DNA of 64,000 bases, from assembly GCA_030390025.1 (NCBI GenBank), contig CM059431.1, forward strand, positions 119,042,001 to 119,106,000, in the 5' to 3' direction. How positions within the stretch are numbered: the stretch's first letter is position 1; each line of letters starts with the position of its first letter. The DNA comes from Squalus acanthias (taxonomy: Eukaryota). Positions 1-12,978 of the stretch are shown here, piece after piece. The notes below the pieces were generated by a model that did not search any database, was not told the DNA's origin, and worked only from the letters and a program-made list of their open reading frames with translations. Made by a program: the position numbers and the translations under genes.

Positions 1-438
1 GCTCCCAAACCCAGAGGATGCCTGCCAAAGGCATCTAAGCAGGCACAGCATCAAAGTGAGTAAGGTGCCTCTACATCTGCTGAAGCCACAGGGGAAGCAC
101 CACGTAGAAGCATGCATAAGAGGAAGTTAACACACAAATAGTCACAAGCGTAGTCACTTGGGTGTTTTGTTCTGTTGTAAAGTATCAATTGTCATCCTTT
201 TGTGATGTGATTAAACAAAAGTGATGGCAAAGAGTTGAAGTTCTGGCCTATGTGTTCTGGGAAATGGAAGTTGCACAGTGAGGGCTCAGGGCGACTTGCA
301 TTTATAATGATGGTGCTGAGAGTGTCGGGTCTGGTCTGGAGCTGTTGACCTGACTCTTGCCAAAGTAACGTGGAGGCGGGATAGAGGCAGGTTCGCAGCC
401 CGCCATCAATTTTTCCGATTTTCGCTACCAATCTGGCT
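1..438. mobile_element. Harbinger-type element end fragment (Myb-like gene 3' tail plus terminal region), cut by the window start
   Basis: Bases 1-130 resemble the Myb-gene tail at 15455-15600 (ctctacatctgctgaagccacagggg...ccacgtag). Right boundary is approximate. Confidence 0.5.
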
Positions 439-465
439 TCTGAGGTCTATTAAATTTGCGACCAG

Positions 466-602
466 TATCTCCAATATCACAGCACTCTCAGTACTGCACT
501 GAAGTAACACCACTGCACCAAGATTATGTGCTAAGTGCTGGAAGGGGGGCTGGAACACAGGATCTTCTGCCTCAGAAGTGCAAGTGCTATCACTGAGCCA
601 AG
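466..602 (-). mobile_element. tRNA-derived Deu-type SINE 5' fragment
   Basis: Reverse complement reads tggctcagtgatagcac...gcagtactgagagtgctg, an A-box-like head matching the copy at 25375-25785. Confidence 0.6.
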
Positions 603-649
603 TGACGACCCACTGATCTCTACACCTTTCTCTCAACTGTGAGCCTAGA

Positions 650-1470
650 ATATCTGTAATCCCTCAGCCCTTTCAGTTAATGGAGGCCCTGCCTCCTCCA
701 TGCTATGTGAGTGGTCTTGTGCTGATAACTCAGGAAGTTTTGGAGGTACAGGTGGTTCTGTGCCAGTGCTGGCTGATGGTTGTGTGTGTGTTTTATGGTG
801 CAATGTGTGTTCTGGAGTGTGGCTGGTTCAGTTTGTTCTATCATGATAACAGAAGATTAGATACTGTGCAGGTGAGTGTCAGTACAAAGTATTCCTCATT
901 GCTTATGTGTATCTGCTGCATGACAAATAATATTATCTATAAAGAATGCTACACATCACAGATTCCACTTTTTATCTGGTAAGATGCATGCCCATGCAAA
1001 AGATAAGAGAGGCACTCACCATTGTCACTGGAAGATACATTGCAACTCCACGGCAGCTTCTTTGGATAGTGATCTACTGTGGTCCAACATCAATAGTGAT
1101 TCTTTCCTTTTGATTGAAAGTTTGGTTTTCCTCTTGGCATCATAAAATCTCTTCCTCATCTTCTACAAGTGGTGAACATCATATTGACCCAGCTGGTGGT
1201 CTCCTTGCAGGTTTGCTTTATTGCATGTGCATTAGGGGATGGGAGTTTTATGACAGCAAAATATAATGCTGCCATCCTGCCCAAGTTGGCGAACTTCACA
1301 TTTCGAGAAGACTTGGGCAGGATGGCAGCATTATATTTTGCTGTCATAAAACTCCCATCCCCTAATGCACATGCACGAAAGTTGCCTTCTTGCTAAGTTC
1401 TTCCATCATGGCCGCAAGGTTTCCACTTAGCACATTTGTATTGTGCTTACAGGAGAGTCAAGAAACTTGT
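650..1470 (-). mobile_element. Possible highly decayed Gypsy-like pol 3' region
   Basis: Minus-strand fragments such as KRFYDAKRKTKLS and a Pro-rich tail ending near LRDY resemble post-integrase segments. No catalytic motif is seen. Confidence 0.25.
1222..1375. repeat. Perfect inverted repeat, 65-bp arms, 24-nt spacer
   Basis: 1222-1286 is the exact reverse complement of 1311-1375. Confidence 0.95.
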
Positions 1471-1931
1471 TTCCTGTCCGTTAAGGTGCTAACCTGTGAT
1501 AATCATTACTCTGCTGCGATTGATTTCAAATGGTTCATTGAACTTGAAGAAATAGTGGGTGCTGTGGGGACGGAGAGACCAAACTTCATTATCTCCACTT
1601 GTTTACAAATTCTTGACTATTAGGTTTGCCAGAGAGCCAAACATGTGTTCCTTTAGAGAGTGGAAAACATGGGGAAACATTTATTTAAAAAAAGGAAACC
1701 TCATAAAATAAGAAAAAAGTTACTTGTCCATAACGTGTAGATGTAATGATCATGAATAGGAAACTGACATGTTTATCAGCAATTCACTTGGGAAGTGGTT
1801 CGATTGCTGAGCAAATTATGTAAAATTCTAATTACTTTTATTGGCAAGCACATACAATTTTTAAAGTTTAATTTTAGATTTACCTAGAAAACAGCACTAA
1901 ATTAATCAAAATGAACTCTGATGGTCATCTG

Positions 1932-2378
1932 CACCACACCTCAAGAAGGATCTATTGACCTTGGAGAGGGTGCAGCAGATTCACCAGAATGATACCGGGG
2001 CTAAAAAGGTTTAAATTATGAGGACAGATTGCATATACTAGTCTTGTATTCCCGTGAATAAAGAAGAGTAAGGGGTGATCTAATTGACGTTTTTAAGATA
2101 ATCAAAGGAGTTGATAGGGTTGATAGAGAGAAACCATTTCCTCTATTGGGGAATCCCGAACAAGGAGGCATAACCTTAAAATTAGAGCTCGGCCGTCAGT
2201 GGTGATGTCAGAAAGCACTTCTTCGCACAAAGGTTGGTGGAAATCTGGAACTCTCTCCCCCAAAAAGCTGTTGAGGCTAGGTCAATTGAAAATGTAAAAA
2301 CTGCGATTGATGTATTTTTGTTAGACAATGGTGGAACAGGCTTGGAGAGATGAATAGCCTACTCCTGTTCCTATGTTC
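1932..2378 (+). mobile_element. CR1 LINE 3' fragment
   Basis: Degenerate ORF2 C-terminus (LERVQ..FTRMIPG; tggaactctctcccc) and tail cctactcctgttcctatgttc, similar to 45840-46409. Confidence 0.85.
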
Positions 2379-2379
2379 A

Positions 2380-2480
2380 GAAAAACAAATACAAATCTGA
2401 AATAGGAACAGAAAACACTGGAAATACACAGCCTCTGAAAGGAAAGGTAAACATTTGGGGTGTACACCCTTGGTCAGGTT
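2380..2480 (-). mobile_element. Degenerate Penelope-like terminal repeat fragment
   Basis: Reverse complement resembles 34430-34560 (ctgacc aaggg...; tttccagtgttttctgtt...atttcagattt). The hammerhead core is decayed. Confidence 0.45.
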
Positions 2481-4179
2481 TGGATGTTCTCCAGTTTCTC
2501 TTTGTTTCCTTTTAGCTTTTAACTCAGAATTTGCCCCTGAGCTGTCGCACTGATATTATTTATAAATTTGAGATTCAAGTGTGCTTTGAGAAATATTCCA
2601 GCAGGGCACTATTAGCAGATTAGGAAACGTCCTGATTTAACATTGATGATCAAAACCCCAGTCTTCAACCATTGAAATGTGTGTCAAAAAAATATCAGAG
2701 TTAAAGGAACTTTCCTTTGTATGTAGACAGTGCCAACCAACTGACAACTGTAGCAGCATGAAAATAAAAAAGTAGAAGAAGGAAATTGGGAATTTAATAA
2801 CCTCTGGTTCTGTGCTTCTGCTTGATTTAACTTCTCAATCCTTTGTCATTAGAAATGTTTCTAAAATGTTAACGACTGGCTGAATGATTTGTATTAAATA
2901 TGTTTGTGCTTCCGATATGGAACATCCAAAAGTAATATACACAATGTGTATCATTCTAATTCCCTTTTGTCATACCCAATAGGATAAAGTTGGAAGAGTT
3001 ACTTGCCCACCTGGGCAACCAGATATAAAAGACACGCAGGACCCAGTTACAGTTCCAATTTGCTGCCCCTAGATGTTGCTATTGTCCTTTGCATGCCATG
3101 TACAAAGTGTGGTAGTGACATTAAGTGGCAGAAAATTGGTACTGAAACCAATGGTTATAAGGCAAGCAGCTTAGGCTGCAGTTGTATGTACACATTGGCA
3201 TTGATGCAGAGTAGTTTAACTGTGCAACATGATTGGATTCTGGAATGCATTAATATAAGAAATGTGGAATCATCATTTGCTTTGACTTCACATTGGTCGT
3301 AGTATAACTCTAGCCCTATGTGAATCCACAATTCAATCAGAGCTAAGTGTGATGTACAATTGGCAGTGTAGATTGGGTCGACTGATGGTGCATCATAATC
3401 TACAGATACTTCTTTCATACTGGTAGCTGCAGTATAAATGTACCTGAAGTTTCTTGCTTAGAAATTCAAGAGATAAAATTCAGTCTTTCTGACCATTTCT
3501 ATCAGGACCTTGTTAAAGGGGGAACCCCCATCTTTCTAAGCTTGGTGAACCACATTTGTAGCCAGGAGTTGTTCCACGAGAGGTGTACACTGGATGTAAT
3601 GAGGCATGCTGGCTGATTCACGAGTGCAAATAGTGCTCATTTAAAATTCAAGTCCTGGGTCAGGAGCTGGTCCCCTGAAAAAAAGGTAATAACATTTTGA
3701 ATTTCTTGACCTTATAAAGGGGCATCTGAGGGCACTTTTTTCGGGGGACCTGGCAATCCCTCCATGAGGCTTGAATCCACTATAATTGGCAGCTTCCTCA
3801 GCCAGGCTTGAGATATGCCTCTCATGGCGCAGGCACCTGCTGCCTCTATTTAAATGAGCTGAACTCCTCCTGGCGCCACCTACTCAGGAGCTCACCAAGG
3901 AGCTCATTCTGTCACTTACATCGGGATGACTACCCTGCTGTGATGCTTATAGCCTGAAAATCGCTGTTGGTGAAAAGGTTTATGCCATGAGCAATTCAGC
4001 ATTATTATCCAGCAATCTATGGACTCTTGTCATTTCTCTCCATTCCTGCCTGGTTTATGACTGTCAGGAAATGACTGTTGCACTGTCAAACCTGCTGTGT
4101 GCTATAGTACTTACACTCTGTGTTAGGCTTGGTGTGCTCATTAGTTCCATTATTATTGCTTGTTATGAGGGAGATCACA

Positions 4180-4835
4180 AAATCCTAACCTTTACGTATT
4201 GCACGTCGGATCCACTAATCCCATTCATATGCTTCAGGAAGACCTGTAGACAACTTCAAATAGCATGGCCTATGGTGGCACTGCCTATGGTGCCAAGGTG
4301 ACCACTACCATCATATTTGTTGCCTCTGGTTCCTTCCGGGCTAATCCAGGGGACATCAGGAGAATCAGCCAAATTACAGTCTGTACCTAGATCAATGAGA
4401 TGACTAATGCTTTATCCAGCCCATCACTTTTCCACTAAACAGTAATAGCAGCATGATAGGGTCTGTCCGCTTCCAACGGGCAGCTGGCTTTCTGAAATTA
4501 CTGGGGATAATTGATGACACCCATGTGGCCATCTTGGCTTCCAGCCATAATTCACTGGTTTACATCAACAGAAGGCGATTCAACTCCAACAGTGTGCAGC
4601 TGGTCAAGTGACCATAAACACCTTAGCTTGCTGATCAATACCTTTTTCCAGTCAGCAGCCACTGATCATTTTGCATCAGCCATCTGAAAATGAAGAGAAA
4701 TTGGAAGGATAGTTCCTCAGAGACCAAGGCTACCCTTTCCAGCCATGGATAGTGACAACTTTGCAGCAGTCAGGGACAGAGGCAGAGTTCAGATACAACA
4801 AAGCCCATAAAACAATCACGATCATTGTTGAGCAC
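4180..4835 (+). pseudogene. Decayed Harbinger (HARBI1-type) DDE transposase
   Basis: Frame-broken motifs KVTT, ASGSF, GIIDDTHVAI, VYINRR and DQGYPFQPWIVT are collinear with the copy at 15850-17030. Confidence 0.8.
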
Positions 4836-5119
4836 TTTCATATTTAAGTACTTTTGATCTTTTTTTCTTCATGGAAAGGATTTTGGCACTGAGTTGTCTT
4901 TAAGAGATGCGTTTTAACACAAAGTGAATTTGCACAAGCTTTGAAGAATGTACATTAAAGCCAGACAAGTTAGATAGGAGAATGTCACACTCAGTCTATA
5001 TCAAATTGATACAATAAGAATTTATTGTCTCATTCCAGGTTCGTTAGCTAGGATGACCAGGGAACATAAGAAATTGATCATCGCCTCTCAGATGACCAAT
5101 AAATATTCACACCATTATA

Positions 5120-5370
5120 GTATCATAGAATCTTACAGGACAGAAGGAGGCCAGTCAGCCCATTGTGCCTGTGCTGGCTCTTTGAAAGAGCTCTTCAATT
5201 TAGTCCCACACCCCAGCTTTTTCCCCATAACGCTGCAAATTAGTCCTCTTCAAGTACATATCCAATTACCTTTTGAAAGTCCCTATGGAATCTGATTCCA
5301 CCACCCTTTCAGGCAGTGCGTTCCAGATTTTAACCGCTCTGTGTGAAAGAAATCCTCTAGTTCTTTTGCT
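5120..5370 (-). mobile_element. CR1 LINE 3' end
   Basis: Minus-strand IWNALPERVVE peptide followed by the CR1 3' tail (attctatgat). Confidence 0.8.
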
Positions 5371-5929
5371 GATTATTTTAAATAATTGCCATTGTGGTGA
5401 GGATTCATATGAACATGGCTTGAGGTAGCCGTGAACCTGGGAGAAGGAATAGTTGGTATGCTTGACAGGCCTGCTGGTGAATCCCTGCATGGGGAGATGC
5501 CAGAAGTATCGGCCAACTGATTTCTGGGGTCAAAATGAACAGAAAAAAAATCACAACCTTTTGATATGGGCATTTACATTTTGAATAAAGGAATGTGAGA
5601 CGCAGCTCTTTTTTTCTGGGGCTAGAAGCTAAAACTGCAGAAGATCAGATCTTCCAGTGAGAAGTTGTCTGGAGCGAAAGGTATGCCACTAACGAGTCAG
5701 CCCACAAAAGGGACAGGGCACATGATTTATTATTTTTTCCCCCCATTTTTTGAGGAGAGAAGTGAGATTAAGTTAAATGCAATTTGCTGAGACTGTTACT
5801 CTATCACTCTCTGTTGCATGTTCCACAACATTGCTATTAAAAGAAGCCTAACCTTAGAGGAGGAGGACAATCAAGGTCAGTGCAGGAGGCAAACATTAAC
5901 ATTGATATATGTTCCCTTAACCACTAGCA

Positions 5930-7309
5930 TCTCTAAACTGCATTTCCACTACAGATTCAGGATGCTGCAAGTCTTTTCACAAGTCTCCATCCAGTCTGAT
6001 CTCATTACCTCTCCCACCATTAACAGATCACTTTTGTCATCTCTATTTCACCTGCCTTCTATTCCATCAGCATGGGTGCCCTTGAAACTCTCTCACCTTG
6101 GTCCTCAGAATCCCACCACAATCAGCCCCAATACCAGTATCACCAGGCACACCAGCAGCACCAACAACAACACCAACCTTCTCCACAATCAACTGATGGT
6201 GCACAGGACACACGGCTTCAGCACCTAACCACATTGCTGCCCAGGATGCCAGGGATGGCCTCACCATGGCCAGATTTGCTTCATTTGATGCTGTAAACCC
6301 TTTTTGCCACATGATGTGCCAGGTTGGCACCTCCCCACAGCAACACCATAAAGCACCCCTACAATGCTCAAGCCATTCCTTTCACACTCATGACCATTGA
6401 GGGGGGTACCGTTATGTCTCACCATTCACTGCAACTCACTGAGCCACTTCCAAAGGTGCACACAAATCTGTCCAAGAAGGCAAAGTGTTGAAAATAAAGG
6501 TTTCAATGTTTAACACTACGTTAACAGAAACTTTACATGAATATTGCATGAAACACCCAAGTGCCTACCATTGTGTGTTGTTAGTTGGTATGATTACACT
6601 AGGATGAGGGTGAGTGTGAAGGGTGGCCGGTGAGATGGGGATGTGATAGTGTACATAGAGAGGGATGGGTGAAGGTGAAAGGTAAGTTGGTGTGAGTAAG
6701 GATGTGCAGGAGTAGGGGAGGGAAGGCAGTGTGATGGGGATGTGATGAGAGGCACAGCAAGATGAGGTTGAGTGTGGCTTTGTGCTAACGTTCCATGATC
6801 TACTGAGATCATTGAAAGGTTTGCGGCACTGCACCCAGGTCCTCCTGACGACATCCCTGCTTGTGCCCTCCTGTGCAATGTGCAACCAGGCTGGGTTGAT
6901 CTCCTGGGGAGGTCTCTTCCGCCCATGGGAAGGGAAGATGACCTCCCTGCGTGCTCTAACTCCCTCCATAAGCATATGGAGGGAGTCATGGGAGAGCCTG
7001 GGTGCAGCCCTGTGCCTCTGTGCAGTCATTGTCAGTGTTTTCAGCACCTCAATGCTGTAGAACACTGACAGCACAAATGTCAAAATAAAGTTGGCCATGG
7101 TCCCTTTAAGGAAACCTGCTGATGACGCATCATGAAATGATGTCACCAAACCCTCTTCCTCTAATTGGCCGGCAAACGCGCTAGGCGGGCTTAACAAGCC
7201 CCATCACGGTAAATTCATTTCAGAGGCTGGGATGGAGCCAGCAGCAGGGTCGGGACCCGCCACCGATTTTGCCCGCCACGGACCTGCCTAGGTTCGTAAA
7301 ATCGTGGCC
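5930..7309. mobile_element. Non-autonomous Harbinger deletion derivative, copy 1 (left end not identified)
   Basis: Collinear with 13370-14735. Gln/His-rich transposase-like N-terminus on +, Myb/SANT exon 1 on - (APRLSHDSLHMLMEGV...RTWVQCRKPFNDL), right TIR aaaatcgtggcc. Confidence 0.8.
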
Positions 7310-8470
7310 ACAGTCTTTGTTGTACTGGCTTGGACATTGCAAGCTATCAGTTATCTGTGGTAGAGATGAGCAGCAGTTAAGGGGATCTAATAGAGACTAC
7401 TGAAGTGGTCTGTTCACATGTAATGAACTTCATTAAAATTAGTTAATTAAAAAGAAAATTATTTTGAACAATAATTTGTTGAAATGTTATTATTTTATAC
7501 CCTTTTCCATATTGTGGCTACCTTGTTCCCATCACTGTTCTGGAAAGAGGTTGGGCATGCATTCAATCCCGCAATTCCTCAGATAGGAAGGACCTAACCT
7601 TTGCTGTGCCAACTGATAGAGGCATCTTCCTAATGATGAGAAGTGAAACTGGGAGGAGAGTCACCCTGAGGCACTTTTGCAGGCTTTTTGACAGACGCTC
7701 TCTTGTTTGGGGAACAGCAGTAAATTAAAAAATGCGTCGTGCGAGTGCATTTTTTTTTCTATACAGCAATAGGGTTAGCTATCACTGTTATTGATAGAAT
7801 TCTGACTCCATGAGTGGAATATTTATGACTCCATTCAAATATTATGGAAACAGATTTCCACCATAAATATTATTAGAATAACAATATTGTTTCCAATACA
7901 TAACAAACAGACTGCTGAAATGTTAGAACTTAAAAATAACTCCCAATAATGGGATAATGTAGCTTTATACCAGCAACACAATTGTTTAATTGTGAGACAC
8001 CATGATTCTTATATAAAGACTGTACTCACAGCAGGGAAATCTCTCCACCCATAAATCAAAGCATAACTTTTCACAGCTGGCTCACTTCTAGATATAAAAC
8101 AATATTTCACAGGTCTTCGTCACATAAAAATCTATCACTGGAAAATCAGGAATGCCACCAGTCAAGCGCTCCAAGCTCAATTCTCCAATCTGCTCTCCTG
8201 TTAAGCATGTCTGTGGACTGGGAGTATTGCCTTACTAAATTTACCCTGCTATCCATTGGGATTTAACGTCCTCTGATAGCACACTGCTTGATATATATTC
8301 ACTTAAAATTCCTTCAAATGTATTTTAACCCAGTCATTAACTCATTTAAAATAAATGGGTTAACGGCCGCTTTAAAATAGCACACAAAGGAATTTTACGG
8401 AAATACATCAACTAATCTACCAGAGGAAATTAAATTCCTAACTGATACTTTCGGTGTCCAGGGCGAACAC

Positions 8471-9335
8471 ATGTGCAGGAAGTGTCTCCAGCTGCAGCTA
8501 CTCGAAATCCGTGTTTCGGAACTGGAGCTGCAGCTGGAGTCACTGTGGAGCATCCGCAAAGCTGAGATCTTCGTGGATAGCACGTTTAATGAGGTGGTCA
8601 CACCGCAGGTAAAGAGTGCACAGGCAGACAGGGAATGGGTGACCGCCAGACAGAGTAAAAGAACTAGGAAGGTAGTGCAGGAGTCCCCTTGGTCCATCTC
8701 CCTCTCCAACAGATTTTCCGTTTTGGATACTGCTGGGGGAGATGGTTTCTCAGGGGAATGCAGCAAGAGCCAAGTCCGTGGCACTACGAGTGGCTCAGTT
8801 GAACAGGAGGGGAGGAAAAACAGTGGGAGAGCAATAGTGATAGGGGATTCTATCGTAAGGGGAACAGATAGACGTTTCTGTGGCCACAGACATGACTCCA
8901 GGATTATATGTTGCCTCCCTGGTGCCAGGGTCAAGGATGTCACTGAACGGCTGCAGGGCATTCTGAAGGGGGAGGGCGAACAGTCAGAAGTCATGGTTCA
9001 CATTGGTGCCAACGACATAGGTAGAAAGAGGGATGAGGTCCTGCAACAAGAATTTAGGGAGCTAGGTAGCAGATTAAAAAGCTGGCCGTCAAAGTTGTAA
9101 TCTCTGGATTACTCCCGGTGCCACGTGATAGTGAGTATGGGAATAGGAGGATAGAGCAGATGAATGTGTGTCTAAAGAGTTGGTGCAGGTTGGAGGGCTT
9201 TAGTTTCCTGGATCACTGGGTCTGATCTGGGGAAGGTGGGACCTGTACAATTCGGACGGGTTGCACCGGAACCGGAACGGGACCAACATCCTTGCAGGGA
9301 GGTTTGCTAGTACTGTTGGGGGGGGGTTTAAACTA
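8471..9335 (+). pseudogene. CR1 ORF1: Cys motif, leucine zipper, SGNH/GDSL esterase domain
   Basis: CRKC..LLEIRVSELELQLESL; IVIGDSIVRG; CCLPGARVKD; VHIGAND; downstream DGLH motif after a frameshift. Confidence 0.9.
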
Positions 9336-9457
9336 ACTTGGCAGGGGATGGGCTACGGAATGGAGCTATAGTAGGGGGGGGGGGGTGAACAGCCAAATAT
9401 AGAGGAAAAACAAGTCAGCCTGGAAGGGAGAGCAAATATGTAACGGCACAAGGGAGT

Positions 9458-12260
9458 ATGGCAAGGCTGGATGGCATTAATTTTAATGCAAGGAGTCTTG
9501 CGAGTAAGGCAGATAAATTGAAGGTGTTGATGAACACATGGGAGTATGATATTGTTGCTATCACAGAGACGTGGTTGAGAGAGGGGCAGGACTGGCAGCT
9601 CAATATTCCAGGGTATAGAATCTTCAGGCGAGACAGAGGGGGATGTAAAAGAGAAGGGGGTGTCGCAATATTAATCAAGGAGTCAATTACTGCTGTAAGG
9701 AGGGATGCTATCTTAGCAGGTTCCTCTAATGAGGCCATATGGGTAGAACTTAAAAACAAAAAGTTGGCAAGCACTTTGCTGGGAGTGTACTATAGGCCCC
9801 CAAACAGTCAGGGGGAGATAGCGAAACAGATATGTAGGCAAATCTCAGAGAAGTGTAGAAATAATAGGGTAATAATAGTAGGGGATTTGAACTTCCCCAA
9901 TATTAACTGGGATAGTCAGAGTGTGAAAGGTTTAGCGGGTGCGGAATTCTTAAAGTGCATCCAGGAGAGCTTTTTGAGCCAGCATGTAGAAAGTCCTACA
10001 AGAGAGGGGGCGGTACTGGACCGAATTCTAGGGAATGTAGCCGGGCAAGTGGTAGAAGTGTCAGCAGGAGAGCATTTTGATGACAGTGATCATAATTCGG
10101 TGAGATTTAAGGTAGTCATGGAAATGGACAAAGATGGACTGGAAATAAAGGTTCTAAATTGGGGGAAGGCCGATTTTAACATGATAAGGCAGGATCTGGC
10201 CAAAGTGGACTGGGATCAGCTACTTGTAGGAAAATCCACATCAGAGCAGTGGGAGTCTTTCAGAAAGGAAAAAGAGAGAGTACAACGGCAACATGTTCCC
10301 GTAAAGGTCAAGGGTGGGACCAACAAGCCCAGGGAACCCTGGCTGTCAAGAGATATACAAGAATGGATTAGGAAAAAAAGGGAGGCTTTTGGCAGATACA
10401 AAGGACTAAAAACAGTGGAAGCCCTAGATGAGTATAGAAAGTGCAGGTGGGTACTTAAAAAATAACTTAGGAGAGCAAAGAGGGGGCATGAAAAAACACT
10501 GGCGGGCAAAATAAAGGAAAATCCCAAGGTGTTTTATAAGTATATTAATGGCAAGACGATAACCAGGGAAAGAGTAGGGCCCATTAGAGACCAAAGTGGC
10601 AATCTGTGTGTAGAGCCGGAAGATGAGGGTGAGGTTTTAAATGAATATTTTGCATCTGTGTTCACTATGGAGAAGGACGATGTAGGCATAGAAATCAGGC
10701 AGGGGGATTGTGATATACTTGAACAAATTAGTATTGAGAGGGAGGAGGTACTAGCGGTTTTAGTGGGCTTAAAAGTGGATAAATCCCCAGGCCCAGACGA
10801 GATGTATCCCAGGCTGCTTTGTAAGGCAAGGGAGGGGCTCTGACACAAATTTTCAGAACCTCTCTGGCCACAGGGGAAGTGCCAGAGGACTGGAGGACAG
10901 CTAACATAGTACCATTATTCAAGAAGGGTAGTAGGGATAAACCAAGGAATTAAAGGCCAGTGAGCCAAACATCAGTGGTAGGGAAATAATTGGAAAAAAT
11001 TCTGAGGGACAGAATTAGTCTCCACTTGGAGAGGCAAGGATTAATCAAGGATAGTCAGCATAGCTTTGTCAGGGGGAAATCGTGTCTAGCCAATTTGATT
11101 GAATTTTTCGAGGGAGTGACTAGGTGTGTGGAGGAGGGTAGTGCAGTTGATGTAGTCTACATGGACTTCAGTAAGGCTTTTGACAAAGTCCTGCATGGGA
11201 GACTGGTCAAGAAGGTAAGAGCCCATGGGATCCAGGGCAATTTGGCACATTGGATCCAAAATTGGCTTAGTGTCAGGAGGCAGAGGGTGATGGTCGAGGA
11301 TTATTTATGTGACTGGAAGCCTGTGTCCAGTGGTGTACCGCAGGGATCAGTGCTGGGTCCTTTGCTGTTTGTGGTGTACATTAATGATTTAGATATGAAT
11401 GTAGGAGGTATGGTCAGTAAGTTCGCAGATGACACGAAAATTGGTGGAGTGATAAATAGCGAGGAGGGAAGCCTCAGGCTACAGGACGATATAGATGGGT
11501 TGGTCAGATGGGCAGAACAGTGGCAAATGGTATTTAACCCTGAAAAATGTGAGGTGATGCATTTTGGGAGGACTAACAAGGCAAGGGAATACACAATGAA
11601 TGGTAGGACCCTAGGAAGGACAGAGGATCAGAGGGACCTTGGTGTGCATGTACATAGATCCCTGAAGGCAGCAGGACAGGTAGATAAGGTGGTTAAAAAG
11701 GCATATGGGATACTTGCCTTCATTAGCCGAGGCATAGAATATAAGAGCAGGGAGGTTATGATGGAGCTGTACAAAACGCTAGTTAGGCCACAGCTGGAAT
11801 ACTGTGTGCAGTTCTGGTCGCCACACTATAGGAAGGATGTGATTGCATTGGAGAGGGTGCAGAGGAGATTCACCAGGATGTTACCTGGGCTGGAGCACTT
11901 CAGCTATGAAGAGAGACTGGACAGGCTGGGGTTGTTTTCCTTAGAGCAGAGAAGGCTGAGGGGGTCCTGATTGAGGTGTACAAAATTATGAGGGGCATAG
12001 ATAGGGTAGATAGAAAGGAACTTTTCCCCTTAGTAGAGGGGTCAATAACCAGGGGACATAGTTTCAAGGTAAGGGGCAGGAGATTTGGAGGGGATTTGAG
12101 GAAAAACTTTTTCACCCAGAGGGTGATTGGAACCTGGAACTCGCTGCCTGAAAGGGTGGTAGAGGCAGGAACCCTCACAACATTCAAGAAGCATTTAGAT
12201 GAGCACTTGAAACGCCATAGCATACAAGGCTACGGACCAAGTGCTGAAAAATGGGATTAG
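9458..12260 (+). pseudogene. CR1 ORF2: APE endonuclease plus reverse transcriptase, disrupted
   Basis: NARSL, ITETW, YRPPN, GDLNFP, SDHN (APE); [24 protein letters not shown] (RT). Split into four ORFs by stops and frameshifts. Confidence 0.95.
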
Positions 12261-12978
12261 AAAGACAGGGCTTGATGGCCGGCACGGACATGATGGGCCG
12301 AAGGGCCTCTTTCTGTGCTGTATAACTCTATCTATGACTCTATGACATACTGGGGCTGGTTTAGGATTATTATTATTTTCGTTTGTCCCTATGTTTAGGG
12401 AAATAACCCTATTACTAGTTTTAACCTTGAGTGGAGACAACAATCACAGAAACTGTATTAAGATTACTAAGCACATTATTCGATGGCGAATGACAATAAA
12501 CAACAGATCTAGACAATACTCACAAATGAATTACCGTTCAGAATACAGGTTGACCAGACCCTTTTGTTGTGGAGGAGAGAGCCCTGGAATGTCTACAGAT
12601 GTGATTCTTCCTCGTCTTTGTCTTCTGCTTCTTCTTCATGTTGCCTCTCCTTAACGATTGCCTCTCCCCTCCGCTTCTATTCAATTCTCTTCTGAGAATA
12701 GCGCAGTTCATTCCCCTTTTTATACAGTTTTGAGGTAACAATAGATACTGAATAAGGAGATTTTCTTTCTCTCAGCCTTGTGGCTTCTAACTACCATAAT
12801 AAGGTTTCTTCTGTCATACTGTCATCTTCTGTCTGCTGAGGACAGTCTAGTTCAGTTTCCTGGGATACTTATCAGCAGACAAAGATCTGTGGTTATGTCG
12901 TTATCAAAACAAAAATATCTGTTCGACAGCTTACAGGCTTGGTTTCTTCCATTTAGCCAACGAGTCCAAAGAGTCAAT

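Larger units (their letters stand above)
8450..12345 (+). mobile_element. Near-full-length CR1 LINE, inactivated
   Basis: ORF1 and ORF2 in order, followed by a 3' tail with (ctatga/ctat)-type microsatellite at about 12320-12345. Confidence 0.95.

Noticed and set aside
466..602. tRNA gene
   Set aside because: Only a degenerate SINE head; no cloverleaf can be formed.
826..877. Exon ending at the strong donor CAG/GTGAGT
   Set aside because: No convincing acceptor, and it lies in probable decayed retroelement sequence.
9458..12260. Active LINE or novel reverse-transcriptase system
   Set aside because: Standard CR1 APE-RT with premature stops and frameshifts; no unusual partner genes.
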